Shown here: positions 39,930-52,434 of the stretch, piece after piece | Layout: every line of letters begins with the position of its first letter | Numbering within the stretch: position 1 is the first letter of the stretch | Origin: Utricularia gibba | Lineage: Eukaryota > Plantae > Magnoliophyta | Assembly (NCBI GenBank): GCA_002189035.1 | Contig: CM007989.1 | Coordinates: 7,626,001-7,690,000, forward strand | Direction: 5' to 3' | Length of the DNA stretch: 64,000 nt | The notes under the pieces: model-generated | Told to the model about the DNA's origin: nothing | Seen by the model: the letters and a program-made list of their open reading frames with translations, nothing else | Databases searched by the model: none | Position numbers and translations under genes: made by a program

Positions 39930-41679
39930 TTAAAGTGCATCTCTTCTGATAACTCTGCGGTCTTCATGCCACTGATCCATGTAAACATCATGCCGGTATT
40001 TCTTGGGTGGAGGTCCACCTCTCACTGGAGATCGGCTCCTATTTCGAATATATGGCCAGTCATGAGATGGAGATGACAACCTACCCCATACTCTCTCCTG
40101 TCATTGTAGTAGTTATCACTTCGGCGACTTGTGTGAGTCCAGCCTCCTGGTAAAGGCCGATCATACCCGTACCTATTCCTAGGATCAGCACCAGGATGGA
40201 ATCTGCCTTCATGCCTGTTAGGGTGTCCAGTAGGTCTGAAGTCTCTTGGAAGAATATCTCTCTGCCAACTGGGAGGAGGGGAATGGTATCTACCATTCGG
40301 AATCCTCCTTGGAGAAGAATCAAACACAGGAGAAGGCACATGGTGCCGTGGTACAGACGGATTACCAGAATATCCACCTCTCTTAGGACTCATAGATGAT
40401 GCAAAACGAGGCCTACTACAGTTGTTGCAGCGCTCTCGCCTTGCGAAATTCAAGTTGTTGCACCTGCCAGATGGGAAGACTATATAACAATGAAAAACAT
40501 GGTTTGTGATCATTGAGATGCAATAACCAAATAGCTGACCAAACATGGAAACTCACGAGGGATCTGTGCATATCCAATCTCCTTCCCTTGGGCGAACATT
40601 TGGATTATTTCGGGAAGGTCCCTCTCCTCTTGCTGGTCCAGGAACACGACTGGATCGAACATATGGTCTCCTGTCGAACCCAGAGTCCCTTCCCCGGTTG
40701 TAAGAGGGTGAAAAATCACGATATCTACCTGAATCTCTTCCACTGCCAAATCTGCGATTCCCTGAATCTCTGCCATTGTCAAATTCATGATTCAGAGGTG
40801 AACTGACAGTGCGTTCCAGCCCTGGACTTACTCGGTTGATTGGATCCCTATGATGCGTGGGAGAGAAAGAATCTGCCTGTAGCTTACGCCCTGGAAATTT
40901 ACATGAAGATGAAGTTGCATAAGTAGAAGCCGCCAAGAACAACGTTTCTTTAGGAGCAACCATGCAACATGAGAAATGCTTGAACGCAGCTAAATTATGC
41001 CAGCCCAAGGTAACTACCGACCAAGCACTGACTTCTGAGTGACAAGTAAAATGTACTATAGTTGCCCAAACTCGTATGATAAAATGATATCACGAAACTT
41101 CAAACCACCGTAGAACATACCAAAAGCCAGCCAATATGCTACAGCCAGGAATCGATCGTAGCATGCCCAGTAGTTAATCAACCACGATCACAAATTCACA
41201 ACGAATTCTCATTTCAACAATGCACATCAACGCAACTAGAGTCTGCTTAAACTACAAGCCTGATTCCCTGAGCAATCAAATCTCTTAATCAAGTTTCAGT
41301 TCCTCATACATGGGTAGCTCATTCAGGTTTTTAATAATTGAGAATAACACCCAAAACCGTGACCATCATAGTCTTCAACTTGAAATTCTCAGGGAATGAA
41401 CCTACGAATTATTCAGCTACAACCAGATGAACATTTCAATGCACATTGCACCACCATCAAAATGCCTTTGACCAAAGAAAACAAGAAAGTAAAGAGGCTC
41501 AAACCGCGGGGATCGTAGCGATCGTGGTGCCCATGCCGGTGAACTTCGTCAGATTCGTAATCGGCACCCACACCTGCCCTATCACTACCCACTCCTTCGC
41601 CACTGACGCTCGGCCGAACGACGAGGCTGCTAAGTAGCGGCTGGCGGGGAGTCTCTTGATCGTTCCTTCGTGTTCCCAT
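39930..41679 (-). CDS. RanBP2-type zinc finger, Arg/Pro/Asp-rich RNA-binding-like protein; one apparent frameshift
   Basis: MGTRRND...QPLLSSLVVRPS N-terminus. VRPREGDWICTDPS|CNNLNFARRERCNNC (W-x-C-x4-C-x3-N-x6-C-x2-C). RSRSP repeat near the C-terminus once the frameshift is repaired. Confidence 0.85.
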
Positions 41680-42614
41680 TCTACTCGTCGGGAGCGGCGC
41701 AGAACTGGAACCCTAATTGTACGGAATTCGGACAAAAGCTCCTCAGGCACCGGAACATTTGCTCACTCGTGGAAACAGAACCCCAACCACGATAATATTA
41801 ATATGCAGGATATATTATTTTTTAAAATACAAAAATCTTTTATTACAAACCGGTCCCCAAAAATTCTGCATGTACTAACGCGAACCGGACCTCCGATCCA
41901 GTTCACCGTGGGTGATACAAGAGAAGCGTCACAGAGAGGAAACCGCGAAGCACTTTTTTCGATCTGCGTCTTCTGCGGGAGGGTGGTAGTTACTTGAGCA
42001 TCTTGGCAATGGCAGCATTGAAGAATCCTTCTCTGTCAGTGGTTTTTTAGAGCGACAGGGTCGTGGCTTTGGAATAAACAGACAACGCAATGAACGCAAG
42101 TTTTGAGCTTCATTGCTCGTGTTCTTGAACGCTCATATAAATTTCTGTCGCCAATTTCAGCGATGGTTTTTTCCCTCGAATGCTTTGAGGGGTAGAATGG
42201 AACGAACCTGCCATACAGAAGTTCTCTAGATTTTCCAGTTATGCGTTTTCTACATCAAAAGCCACAGACTTCCTTGTTAGAAGCTCCAGCTTCTTCTTTC
42301 AGATTGAACTCTGGGTCACTTGACAGGTGAGATCAAATGTGTGGGGAACAAAAACTGTACAGATGAAAATGGGGAAGCCATCTTGGTGCAATAGGTAGAT
42401 TAAGTTAACTGAAATACGGATTAAAACGGGGGTTGGATTAAAACCAGCAAATTTGTCATTTTTGTTAACTTTGAGGCCAATAATCATTGATGCCCAAGAA
42501 GATCAAACATGGGGAAATGTGGATATAGCAATGATACGAAACTAGTTTCAGGAGAATTCTGGGTCTGCATCTGACCCATGACTAGCAATGAGGTAACTAC
42601 TATAACTATAATCG

Positions 42615-43068
42615 TTAAGAGCCACCGGTGGGATTCTCAAATCCTCTTCCGGGGTTCAGCCCCAAACCCCCATCAGCTTCCAGTAGCCCTCGCAGCTGCT
42701 TGTCATCCAAATGCCGCTGGAAAAAAGCAGAAACAGGAGCAGAAAATTGACTCAAATGGAATTTAGCTCGAGGAGAAGAAGGGGTGCCTCACCGATAAAC
42801 ACTCTCTGTAATTCTTCCACTCCAAAAGGCAGTCTTGTGTATTCCAATCACTCTTCAGGAACTTCTCAGAGTACCACCTGTGGATCAATCCCAGATCAAG
42901 GTGGTCAAAAAGCTGGGAGCTCAAAACGAAATGTACAAACATTTATAAGAAATTGAAGAACTTGAAAAATGCGTACTTGTTGAAGCAGTTGTGGTAAGCA
43001 GCTCTGAGGTGGGCGCAAGGAGCAGTCGCCAAAGAAGACAGTGCCTTCTTCTCTCTCACGATCCCCAT
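42615..43068 (-). CDS. MDM35: Mitochondrial intermembrane-space MDM35/TRIAP1 homologue (twin-Cys protein), 3 exons, about 92 aa
   Basis: Spliced translation MGIVREKKALSSLATAPCAHLRAAYHNCFNK|WYSEKFLKSDWNTQDCLLEWKNYRECLS|RHLDDKQLRGLLEADGG...PTGGS*. Both introns are GT-AG. The CFNKWYSEKF motif is typical of the family. Confidence 0.9.
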
Positions 43069-43515
43069 CTTTAATCACATACTTGTAGTGTAAGAATGGC
43101 TGAATGTTGAGAGGCTTTCTTCGCCGCAACTCATGTCCCCGTATAGATGCAGTGTCTCGTCTCGTGAGCCTGTAGGAGATTCTGCTTTCCTCTCCTTTGT
43201 GGGTTTTTACAGCACAGGTGTGGAGAATTGGGCCACTACCCACAATCCCATATCATGGTTACTGACAAGTGACGAAGTTGGGGTTTTTGAAAGGGAACAA
43301 GTTGAGTGAGCCCAATAGAAAGAGTCAAATTCCTCGTTCCAGAACTTTGCGTGTACCGGAAAAATGGATATAAGAAGTACATTGTTGGAGGGCGGCATGA
43401 TTTCCTAGCTCCTCTAACAGTAGAAGTCGTACCCGGAGCGTAATCCTGTTATTAATTCTTTTGGAATCACGGAGCAGAGTATCCCAAGGGTTAACAGATC
43501 GCCTGGACGACGACG

Positions 43516-43921
43516 ATGGAACAGAAGCCGAAGCACTCGGAATTCAAAGGGCAGCCACGTCTCCCCAAATTTGCTGTTCCGAAAAGATACGATCTGAAGC
43601 TGAAGCCTGATCTCGTCGCATGCAATTTTTCAGGAGGAGTTCGAGTATCGGTCGACGTCGTCTCTGCTACCAAGTTCCTTGTTCTCAACGCTTCGGAACT
43701 TTCTGTTGAGCCCAGTTCTGTTGCATTCACATCTGATGATAAGGTGATACGCCTGAAGTCGTTTTAAACTCGAAACGTCCGAAAGTTTCAATTTTTTCAC
43801 GATTGGTTTCTATTGTTTGGGGAACTGAAACTAGTGCGATGGAAGGGTGAGATCTGTTTTCAGTCCTTTTTTGGTCTATCTGAAAGATAATGTGATTGCA
43901 TTGGTGCTGGTTAAAATAGGC

Positions 43922-43953
<32 letters not shown>

Positions 43954-46900
43954 GTCATTTTCTCTAAACAAAAGACTCGAGCTTTTGCCTTTCAGTGAAG
44001 CTCCGTCCATTGCTATCATATGTTTGTAAATTTATTTGAGCTTGTTGCTTATGCTCAGGTGTTTAAGCCTGTGGACGTGGAGTTATATGAAGAGGATGAG
44101 ATAGTGGTCCTGGAGTTCAGCGAAAATCTGCCAACTGGGCTTGGGGTTCTGAGCGTTGAATTCGTTGGAACTCTGAATGACAGGATGAAAGGTTTCTACA
44201 GAAGGTAAGTTGTTCGGCTTTATTGATGTCTCTTCCTTCATGTGCTTTATCTTCTAGAAACTGTTTTACTTTGTGTTATGTTTTCAATAAATCGTCTTCA
44301 TTCTAATTTCAGCTCCTATGAGCACAATGGTGAGAAGAAAAATATGGCTGTCACACAGTTTGAGCCAGCTGACGCTCGCAGGTGCTTTCCCTGTTGGGAT
44401 GAGCCTTCGTGGAAGGTACCAGATGGTTTTTTCATTCCTTTCTCACGTAAAATAATGATTGTATTTATCCTGTGCTTTCTGGTCCTAAACACAAATTGAA
44501 TTTAGTTCTTGAAGCTTCATTCACAATCCCCATGGCAAACCAACTGATCGTATCTTTATTTCTACATCCCTTTGAACTCAGGCTACTTTTAAGATAACAC
44601 TTGAGGTACCTTCAGAACTTGTGGCACTTTCCAATATGCCAATCCTCGAGGAGAAGGAGAATGAAAAGCTTAAAACAGTGTACTATCAAGAATCTCCAAT
44701 CATGTCAACATATTTAGTTGCAGTTGTTGTTGGCCACTTCGACTATCTAGAAGATCATACACCTGATGGTATGGACATACATTCATCTTTTTTGTTGATT
44801 TCTTTCAAATTTGCATTGTTCTCTGATGAAGAAAGTTGCCCCTCAGGAGTCCTTGTTAGAGTGTACGGCCAAGTAGGAAAAGCTAGTCAAGGAAAATTTG
44901 CACTGGATGTTGCAGTTAAAACACTTGGACTTTATAAAGAGTATGCACTTCATCATTTTTCTGGCAGTAATTGCTTGTCTTCACCATATGTGTGAATCCC
45001 ATCTTAAACTGAATAATATTTCAGGTACTTTGCAGTACCATATACACTCCCTAAGTTGGACATGGTTGCTATTCCTGATTTTGCTGCTGGGGCCATGGAG
45101 AACTATGGGTTGGTCACCTACCGAGAAACAGCATTGCTCTATGATGAGAAGCATTCCGCAGCTGCAAACAAGCAAAGGGTAAAATTTAGAAATTGAAAAT
45201 ATTTCAAATTTCCTAAATCACCTATATATTTTGTCTATTGCCTAGCATGTGAGTGGTGCTGTTACTATCGCCTCAGGTTGCAACTGTTGTAGCTCATGAA
45301 CTAGCACATCAGTGGTTTGGAAACCTTGTGACAATGGAATGGTGGACACATCTTTGGTTGAATGAGGGATTTGCTACCTGGGTATCACGTTCTACTCAAG
45401 TTAAACATTTCTAATTATGCAAAGGCAATTAAAAAATCATTAATCTTGGTTTTGGAAAATAGGTTAGCTATTTAGCTGCCGATACCCTGTTCCCAGATTG
45501 GAAAATTTGGACACAGTTTCTTGACGAATCAACAGTGGGACTTCAATTGGATGGACTTGAAGAATCTCACGCGATTGAGGTGAATGATGAAATATTTAGT
45601 TCTTGCTTGCTTATTTTTATTTCTGCAGTTGTAACACATCAAAAACTAAGTCCTGTTCTTTTTCTGCCTTAAAAGTTCACTTTTGAACTCTTGTTCTCTT
45701 TGTATCTTGGAGATCAAACTGAAGTTAACATATTTTTTTTCAGGTCGATATTAATCATGCTTGTGAAATTGATGAAATCTTTGATGCAATCAGCTATAGG
45801 AAGGGTGCATCAGTGATCCGTATGCTAGAGAGCTATCTTGGCCCCAAGAATTTTCAGGTAACACTCATTTAAAAATATGTTTCATCTTTTGTAAATTAAG
45901 GTTTCTTAGTCTTATTCATTTTTTGCTTCACGGGAGAGTTAATATTGGGCAAATAACACCAGTGTTCCTCTCAAACATGTCTTGGCTTCCTCTGCAGAGA
46001 GCTCTCGCCGCCTACATCAAAAAGTATGCTGGTTCAAACGCAAGGACAGAGGATCTATGGTCTGTTCTTGAAGAAGTATCTGGTGAACCTGTGAACAAGA
46101 TAATGTCATCTTGGACAAGACAAAAAGGGTACCCTGTTATCTCTGTGAAAGTCAAAGATCACAATTTGGAGTTTGAGCAGGTTATATGATGGTCGAGTTA
46201 TTTTTTGTATTCCATCGTTATTTTTTTTTCCTTTTTTTTAATTGTGTCTAACCATTGGAGATTCTGATAAATGCCACTCATTTTTGAACAGTCACAATTT
46301 TTACTGAGTGGCGGCCATGGTGAAGGGCAATGGATAGTTCCAATAACCCTGTGCTGTGGGTCTTATAATATTCACAAAAGTTTGCTGCTTCAAACAAAAA
46401 GCGACACCTTTTATTTTAAAGGAATTTTAGAGTCATCACATGATCGCCCTTGGATTAAAGTGAATGTGGAGCAAACAGGCTTCTTTAGGGTGAAATATGA
46501 TGATGAATTGTCAGCTAGACTCACTGCTGCAATAGAGAAAAATGCTTTGTCGACCAGTGACAAATATGGTATTTTTTTTTTAACTACAAGCATTTACATT
46601 ACCTTAACCTCCTTGCAGCAGAGAATAAAAATGCATACGATGGTTTATTTCTATGTGCAGGAATACTAGATGATTATTTTGCATTGTCAATGGCATGCCA
46701 GCAGCCACTTGCATCTTTGCTTTCTTTAATGGCTGCATTTAAAGATGAGCACGACTATACGATCCTATCCAACTTGATCAGTGTAATGCTCGATATTGGT
46801 TTCAAAATATAATCATGTGTATATTGTTCGTTTTGGTTATTGTATGATTTTCCATGTTGATGGTTCTACAGATAGCTTACAAAGTGACAAGAATTGTGGC

Positions 46901-48189
46901 TGATGCTGCACCTGAACTACTGGATGACATCAAATTTTTCTTCATCAATCTGTTCCAATATTCAGCGGAGTATGTATAATCCATGTTTGGTTACTTTCTC
47001 TGTTATCATAGTTCTTGTGAACTTGATACGCCTGGCATTCATTCATCAGGAGACTTGGTTGGGATTGTAAACCAGGGGAGGGGCACCTTGATGCCATGCT
47101 AAGGGGAGAACTTTTGGGAGCATTGGCTTCTTTTGGGCACAACGTAACATTACAGGAAGCAAATAGGCGGTTTGCTGTATTCTTGAACGACAGAAATACA
47201 CCACTGCTACCTCCTGATCTGAGAAGGGTCATAAATTATGGACTTGTGCTGATCTTTATTCTCAGTGTTTGGTTCCATATTTTACCTGACATCTCTTTTG
47301 ATTCATTCTGCAGGCTGTGTATGTTGCAGTTGTGAAAAATTCAAGTAAGTCGGACAGATCTGGGTATGACTCTCTGCTGAAGGTTTATAGAGAAACTGAT
47401 CTCAGCCAGGAGAAAACTAGAATTTTAGGTACAGTATATCACCATGTGCATCCCTTGTCACTAGTCGTACTTTGCTGATTCCTGTATTAAAACCTTCCAT
47501 ATAGGTTCATTGGCTTCTTGCAAAGATCCTGAAATCATTGAAGAATTTCTGAACTTCTTGTTATCTCCTGAGGTACTCCTAACCTGTATCAGCTAACAGC
47601 TCCCCTGCTCTTTTTTTTTTATTCGCCTTCTTGTTCTGGTTCAGTCAGCTCATGTTTTTCTACTTCTCTGAAAACAGGTTAGGAGCCAAGATGCTGTTTT
47701 TGGCTTAAATGTTAGCCGGGAAGCTCATGAAACTGCTTGGAGTTGGTTTAAAGTACGCTGGTTCCAGATCCCCATTTTCCAAACCTGCTGATCACAAAAA
47801 GGACTAACACTTCGACCCTGTTTTTTCAACAGGACAACTGGGATCTTATATGCAAAACCTATGGAGCAGGTTTCCTTGTCACCAGCTTCGTTCGTGCCGT
47901 CGTTTCGCCGGTTCGTGCTTGCTCCCCTCTCTGCACTTGATATGAAACTATAGACCTGATTCCGGTGAACTTTTTTCAAGCTCAAGGTGTTGCTTCTGTG
48001 CAGTTTGCATCATACGAAAAGGCAAACCAAGTTATGGAGTTCTTCTCGAGTCGAACAAAACCTTTCATAGCAAGAACGCTGAGGCAGAGCATCGAAAGGG
48101 TTCACATCAATGCAGCATGGGTTAAAAGCATCCAAAGTGAGAACCATCTGCCCGGCACCCTGAAGCAGCTGCTGCAGGTGAGCAACTAG
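43516..48189 (+). CDS. APM1: Aminopeptidase M1 (puromycin-sensitive type), many exons
   Basis: [41 protein letters not shown] motif and [10 protein letters not shown]...WLNEG (HEXXH-x18-E) zinc motif, ERAP1-like C-terminal region, ends in LKQLLQVSN*. Confidence 0.96.
43927..43952. repeat. (CT)n microsatellite in APM1 intron 1
   Basis: tctctctctctctctctctctctctc read directly. Confidence 0.9.
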
Positions 48190-49065
48190 AAAGATGAAAA
48201 GACCTTCACGCCTGCAGTTTGCACAATTCTGAAAGGAAACCATGCTGCTAATAAACTCCTGTGTACCTCTCCATTCCCCATGAATAACTTGTTGTCTGCA
48301 GTCTGGAACTTGGGAAGCAACTGCAAGCATTCAGGCAGCAGTTGTTTTGTTTATACTATCTGAACTTACTTTCTTTTTTTAAAGATTAGAACTTTTAAAA
48401 ATTAAATAAAATCATTTTAAAAAAATTATAAAAGTGGTATAGGTCCTACACATCGATCATAATAATTATTTAATTTTGATATATCAACATGATTAATTCT
48501 TAAATATTTTGTATTTATTACTATTTAAATACGAACATAATTAATCTTTATTATTCAATAAAATAGATATAATTACTTGGGAATGAATTTTGTTAAAATT
48601 TTTAAACAATTGAGATGCCAATTATTTCAAATATTAGTGTTATATCTAAATAGTGGATACTAAATTATTGTAAACTAATTTTTTAAATAGTGCGTATCAA
48701 TTTTGTCATTATTTTGAAACATTAAGAATTAATTATACCGAAATTTTAAACAATAGAGATAATATTAAAATAATAGGGATTATTTTTATAAATTTCAGAA
48801 AAGGTAAGAATCAATGACATCAAAGAATCCAAAACGAGGAAATTAATAATTATTTTGGATTTCTCTCCGAGAGAAAATAAAAAAATAAGAAAGATGCAGT
48901 ACAGGCGGCCCAGGCTATATGATATGAAAAGCCGGGTCCAAGAAAATACACTCAGGCCTTGCGTATTGGGCCGTGTAGGAAACCCGGTCCAGGAAAAGAA
49001 ATCGAGGCTTGTAAATATTCAGGTCCACTGTTAAAGATCATTTTCACGATTCCTTTTCTCCCTTA

Positions 49066-49077
49066 AAACCCTAACCT
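49066..49077 (+). promoter_or_regulatory. Telo-box-like element in the RanBP1 promoter, with site II-like motifs upstream
   Basis: AAACCCTAAC about 45 nt before the ATG. TGGGCC/GGCCCA motifs at about 48907 and 48967. This combination is known from plant translation and cell-cycle gene promoters. Confidence 0.45.
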
Positions 49078-49119
49078 TTCGGCCAGATCTCGCTGACAGC
49101 TTTTGTGATCTGCTGATTG

Positions 49120-50249
49120 ATGGCGAGCAACGCCGATCCTGTACCCGTGAGACGTGCGGAGGAGGAGGATGAGGAGGAAGGCGCGAGGGTGGAAGATGAG
49201 GATACAGGGGCTCAGATTGCTCCGATCGTCAGACTCCAAGAAGTCGCTGTTACTACAGGGGAGGAAAACGAAGATGTGCTCCTCGACTTGTTAGTTTTTC
49301 CTTTTTCTATTTCCTTGCTTGTCCTTGAATGAAAACGGAGTGCTTCGAATGTGCGTATATAACTGCTCTGCCTATGTATTCATCGCTGTAGTTCTTTTTT
49401 TTTTTTTTTGAAGAAATCAGGCGTTTTCCTTGTTTTCGGTGCTGTGTTGTGGTTTCTTATATCTGCCAACTGCCTATGCGGCGGTTATGATGCTTGGTTT
49501 AGGAATTGAGTTAGTGACATTTAATGGTCGAACTTATTTGTATTTGCAGGAAAGCGAAGCTGTATAGGTTTGATCAGGGTGGTAAACAATGGAAAGAGAG
49601 AGGGGTTGGCAATGTGAAGCTACTTAAACACAAGGAAACTGGGAAAGTTAGGCTTGTTATGAGGCAGAGTAAAACCCTCAAAATCTGTGCCAACCATCTT
49701 GGTGAGGAACGAAAATAGTCCCTCCCTTGTGTGAGTTTTCGTTCTTTATGTTTGTCAGTTTTCATTCTAATTGGGGGATTGCTTGTTTTGTGGAATCGTG
49801 TTTAGTGCTTCCGACGCTTAAGCTTCAGGAACATCAAGGGAGCGATAAGTCCTGTGTATGGCATGCCGCTGATTATGCAGACGGTGAACTGAAACAGGAG
49901 ACTTTTGCCATCCGCTTCCCGTCTCTGGAGAGTGCGTCACTATCTGTCATTTATATGCAGCTATTTTTTTTACATTCTGAGATTCATGGTCCTTTCCCCC
50001 TCGATACCTCCTCCGCATCCCAAATAAAAACTCTGGGTGTCCGTTTGTTTTTCAGATTGCAGATCTTTCAGAGAAACTATCGAAGAAATCACAGAATCCG
50101 AAGCCAAAAAGACTGGAGGAGATGAAGAAGCTGATGCTGCTGCCACTCTTATCCAGAATTTGAGCGTTGAAGAAAAACAGGAGGCCAGCGTCTCCCCGAG
50201 TTCAAACACCGAAAATGCACCACAATCTTCATCTGCAGGAACTCCATGA
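49120..50249 (+). CDS. RANBP1: Ran-binding protein 1 (4 exons)
   Basis: [33 protein letters not shown]|[50 protein letters not shown]|V...[17 protein letters not shown] Ran-binding domain. Confidence 0.95.
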
Positions 50250-52229
50250 TGGTAGTGGCGGTAATCGGGATCCGTTTTCTCAGGTGGTATCTGATTCATG
50301 AAAACCGTGTTGTGCTTTGTTTTCTGATGGATTCCTCCACCCTTCCACCTATTTATACATCTCATACTCCAGAAGGGGGAGTGAGTGGTGTCTATTTCAT
50401 GAATTGGGAGCTGAGTCGGGGCCAAGTATGTTGTAACCAACACCAGCCATTTTCTTTGATCTCTTGTTTCTGGTCACCTTGCTTCTGTTGTTTTGTGGCG
50501 TCTGTTTCATGAGAGTGCACACTTTTAGCCCATGCAATATACCAAAAAGTTGCTTGGGCCTCACACTCTCCAGAGTGCTTGTTTCTTGTGAACTAGTCCG
50601 TACAGGGACCCGTTTCTGAGCCCTCCGATCCATTCGGGCCGCAGCACCTTGGGACTGCTTGTGATTGCTCACTGACCCAAAAACAGAAGCAGTGAATCCA
50701 GTGTTTTAAAATTCAGAGTTGAGTCCGTTTTGATACAATTCTTTGATTTTTAACAATTCGATTAAATAATTTTTATAAAAGAATTCAAATATATATTATA
50801 TTTATTATGACTTTTTCATTTTTTGTAATATTTTTTACAATAATAGTTCAATCCAAGACCATAAGCAAATGAAAAATGGATTAAGTTCAGTCATAAAACA
50901 TTGTGATTCAATGCAGCAACAATTGCCAAGAAATCAAATCATGTCTAGATATGATCTTGTAATATCTTTTTATCATACTAATAACAATATCTTCTCTTGT
51001 GTATATCTTGTAAAATAATCATTATTAAAAAAAAATTCAACTGAAATTTTGACTTTTTTTGTTTTCAGTATATTGAATAAATATTTATTAATATTATATT
51101 TTTTTTAATTTCAAAGTAAATTATATTTTTTTTCACATTTCTAAAATTCCTGCACAATTTTGATCATGAAGATGAGATGAGACATCCATTTTTCATGTCA
51201 AAACGTGTAATTATATTTTTAAATAATAAAAATGTATTTAAAAAAATTATAAAATTAAAAATAATTTCTTACACTTTTATCATTTTAGGGTTTCTGCGAC
51301 TCTTTGTTATAAAAGAAAACTGGACCACATATCCATTTGCTCTTATAGAAAAAAAAAATTTACTCCGAAAAATTATTGAGTATTTAGTATATATTCATAT
51401 AAATCTACGTGTTCTTCTTCTATAATATGCATAATCTTATTCGAGCTTCCGAAATATTGGAGATAATACTACAAGTTCAATTAAAACGAATTTTCTAGTC
51501 ACTCTTCAAACAACAAAATGCCAATTTATGAACTAGATATTAACGCAATATCATATTACATATTGTAGCATAAAGTCACGAGATATTCCCACAATGATCT
51601 TTTTCAATAAATTTATTGATTTGTTCTCTAATTTGAAGTTGTACTTCATATTATGTAAAATAAAATCTGTTTTAAGATTATGTAAATAGAATTAATTTGA
51701 TATTGTAAAACTGTTTTGTGAGATATTATGAAATTATAATATAAAATTTAATAAAATAAAATAAAATATATATTATAAAGTTTAATAAAATATATAACAT
51801 TTAATAAAATTATGATATAAGTATAGTTTTTAGAATTAATTAGTCTATTATTTAATCATCAAAATATGGATTAAAGAAATTTAATAATTTCTTACATTAA
51901 TCACACAATTTAAATTTATGATTTTAATACAAAACATTTAAAAATTAAGCAAAAGAAATTCAAAAAAAGTATTGAAACAAAACAATCCCTATATATATTG
52001 GTTGGTAATAATTGTCTTGGATTAAAGTTTTAATTATTCCATCATAAATTTGCAGGAGAAGAAAACATTTTCCTGTGGATTTTATCTGAGTCTGGGCTTT
52101 GCCTCTTCATCTATGCGGTTGAAGCTCCCGGAAGCGCCCATCCACGTCGACGGCGTACGTAGGACTCAGCGAATATGCAACAAGGAAGCAGGAAGAAGAA
52201 CGCCATGAAAGAGGGCGACGAAGTTAGTG

Positions 52230-52320
52230 GGTGACAGAAAGAAGGCGAGCAGTCATGGCTTCGAGCACGAACGCCCATCGTGCAGGAAAACGCCATGAAT
52301 GCCCACTCTCTTCTGTCACC
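52230..52320 (-). ncRNA. MIR156: MIR156 family precursor hairpin (copy A), predicted mature UGACAGAAGAGAGUGGGCAU at 52318-52299
   Basis: Minus-strand 5' arm GGTGACAGAAGAGAGTGGGCATTCATGGC pairs with 3' arm GCCATGACTGCTCGCCTTCTTTCTGTCACC. 18/20 identity to canonical miR156. Confidence 0.85.
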
Positions 52321-52426
52321 GAGCGAAGCCCCCCGACAGGGGCGCCCTCGCCTGGTTCGCCCAAAGAAGAACGACGCGACTACGGGGTTTGTTTTCTTGT
52401 TGCGAAGTATTCGCTAGAAAACATGC

Positions 52427-52434
52427 TATTTATA
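52427..52434 (-). promoter_or_regulatory. TATA box for MIR156 copy A
   Basis: TATAAATA on the minus strand about 107 nt upstream of the hairpin. Confidence 0.6.
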
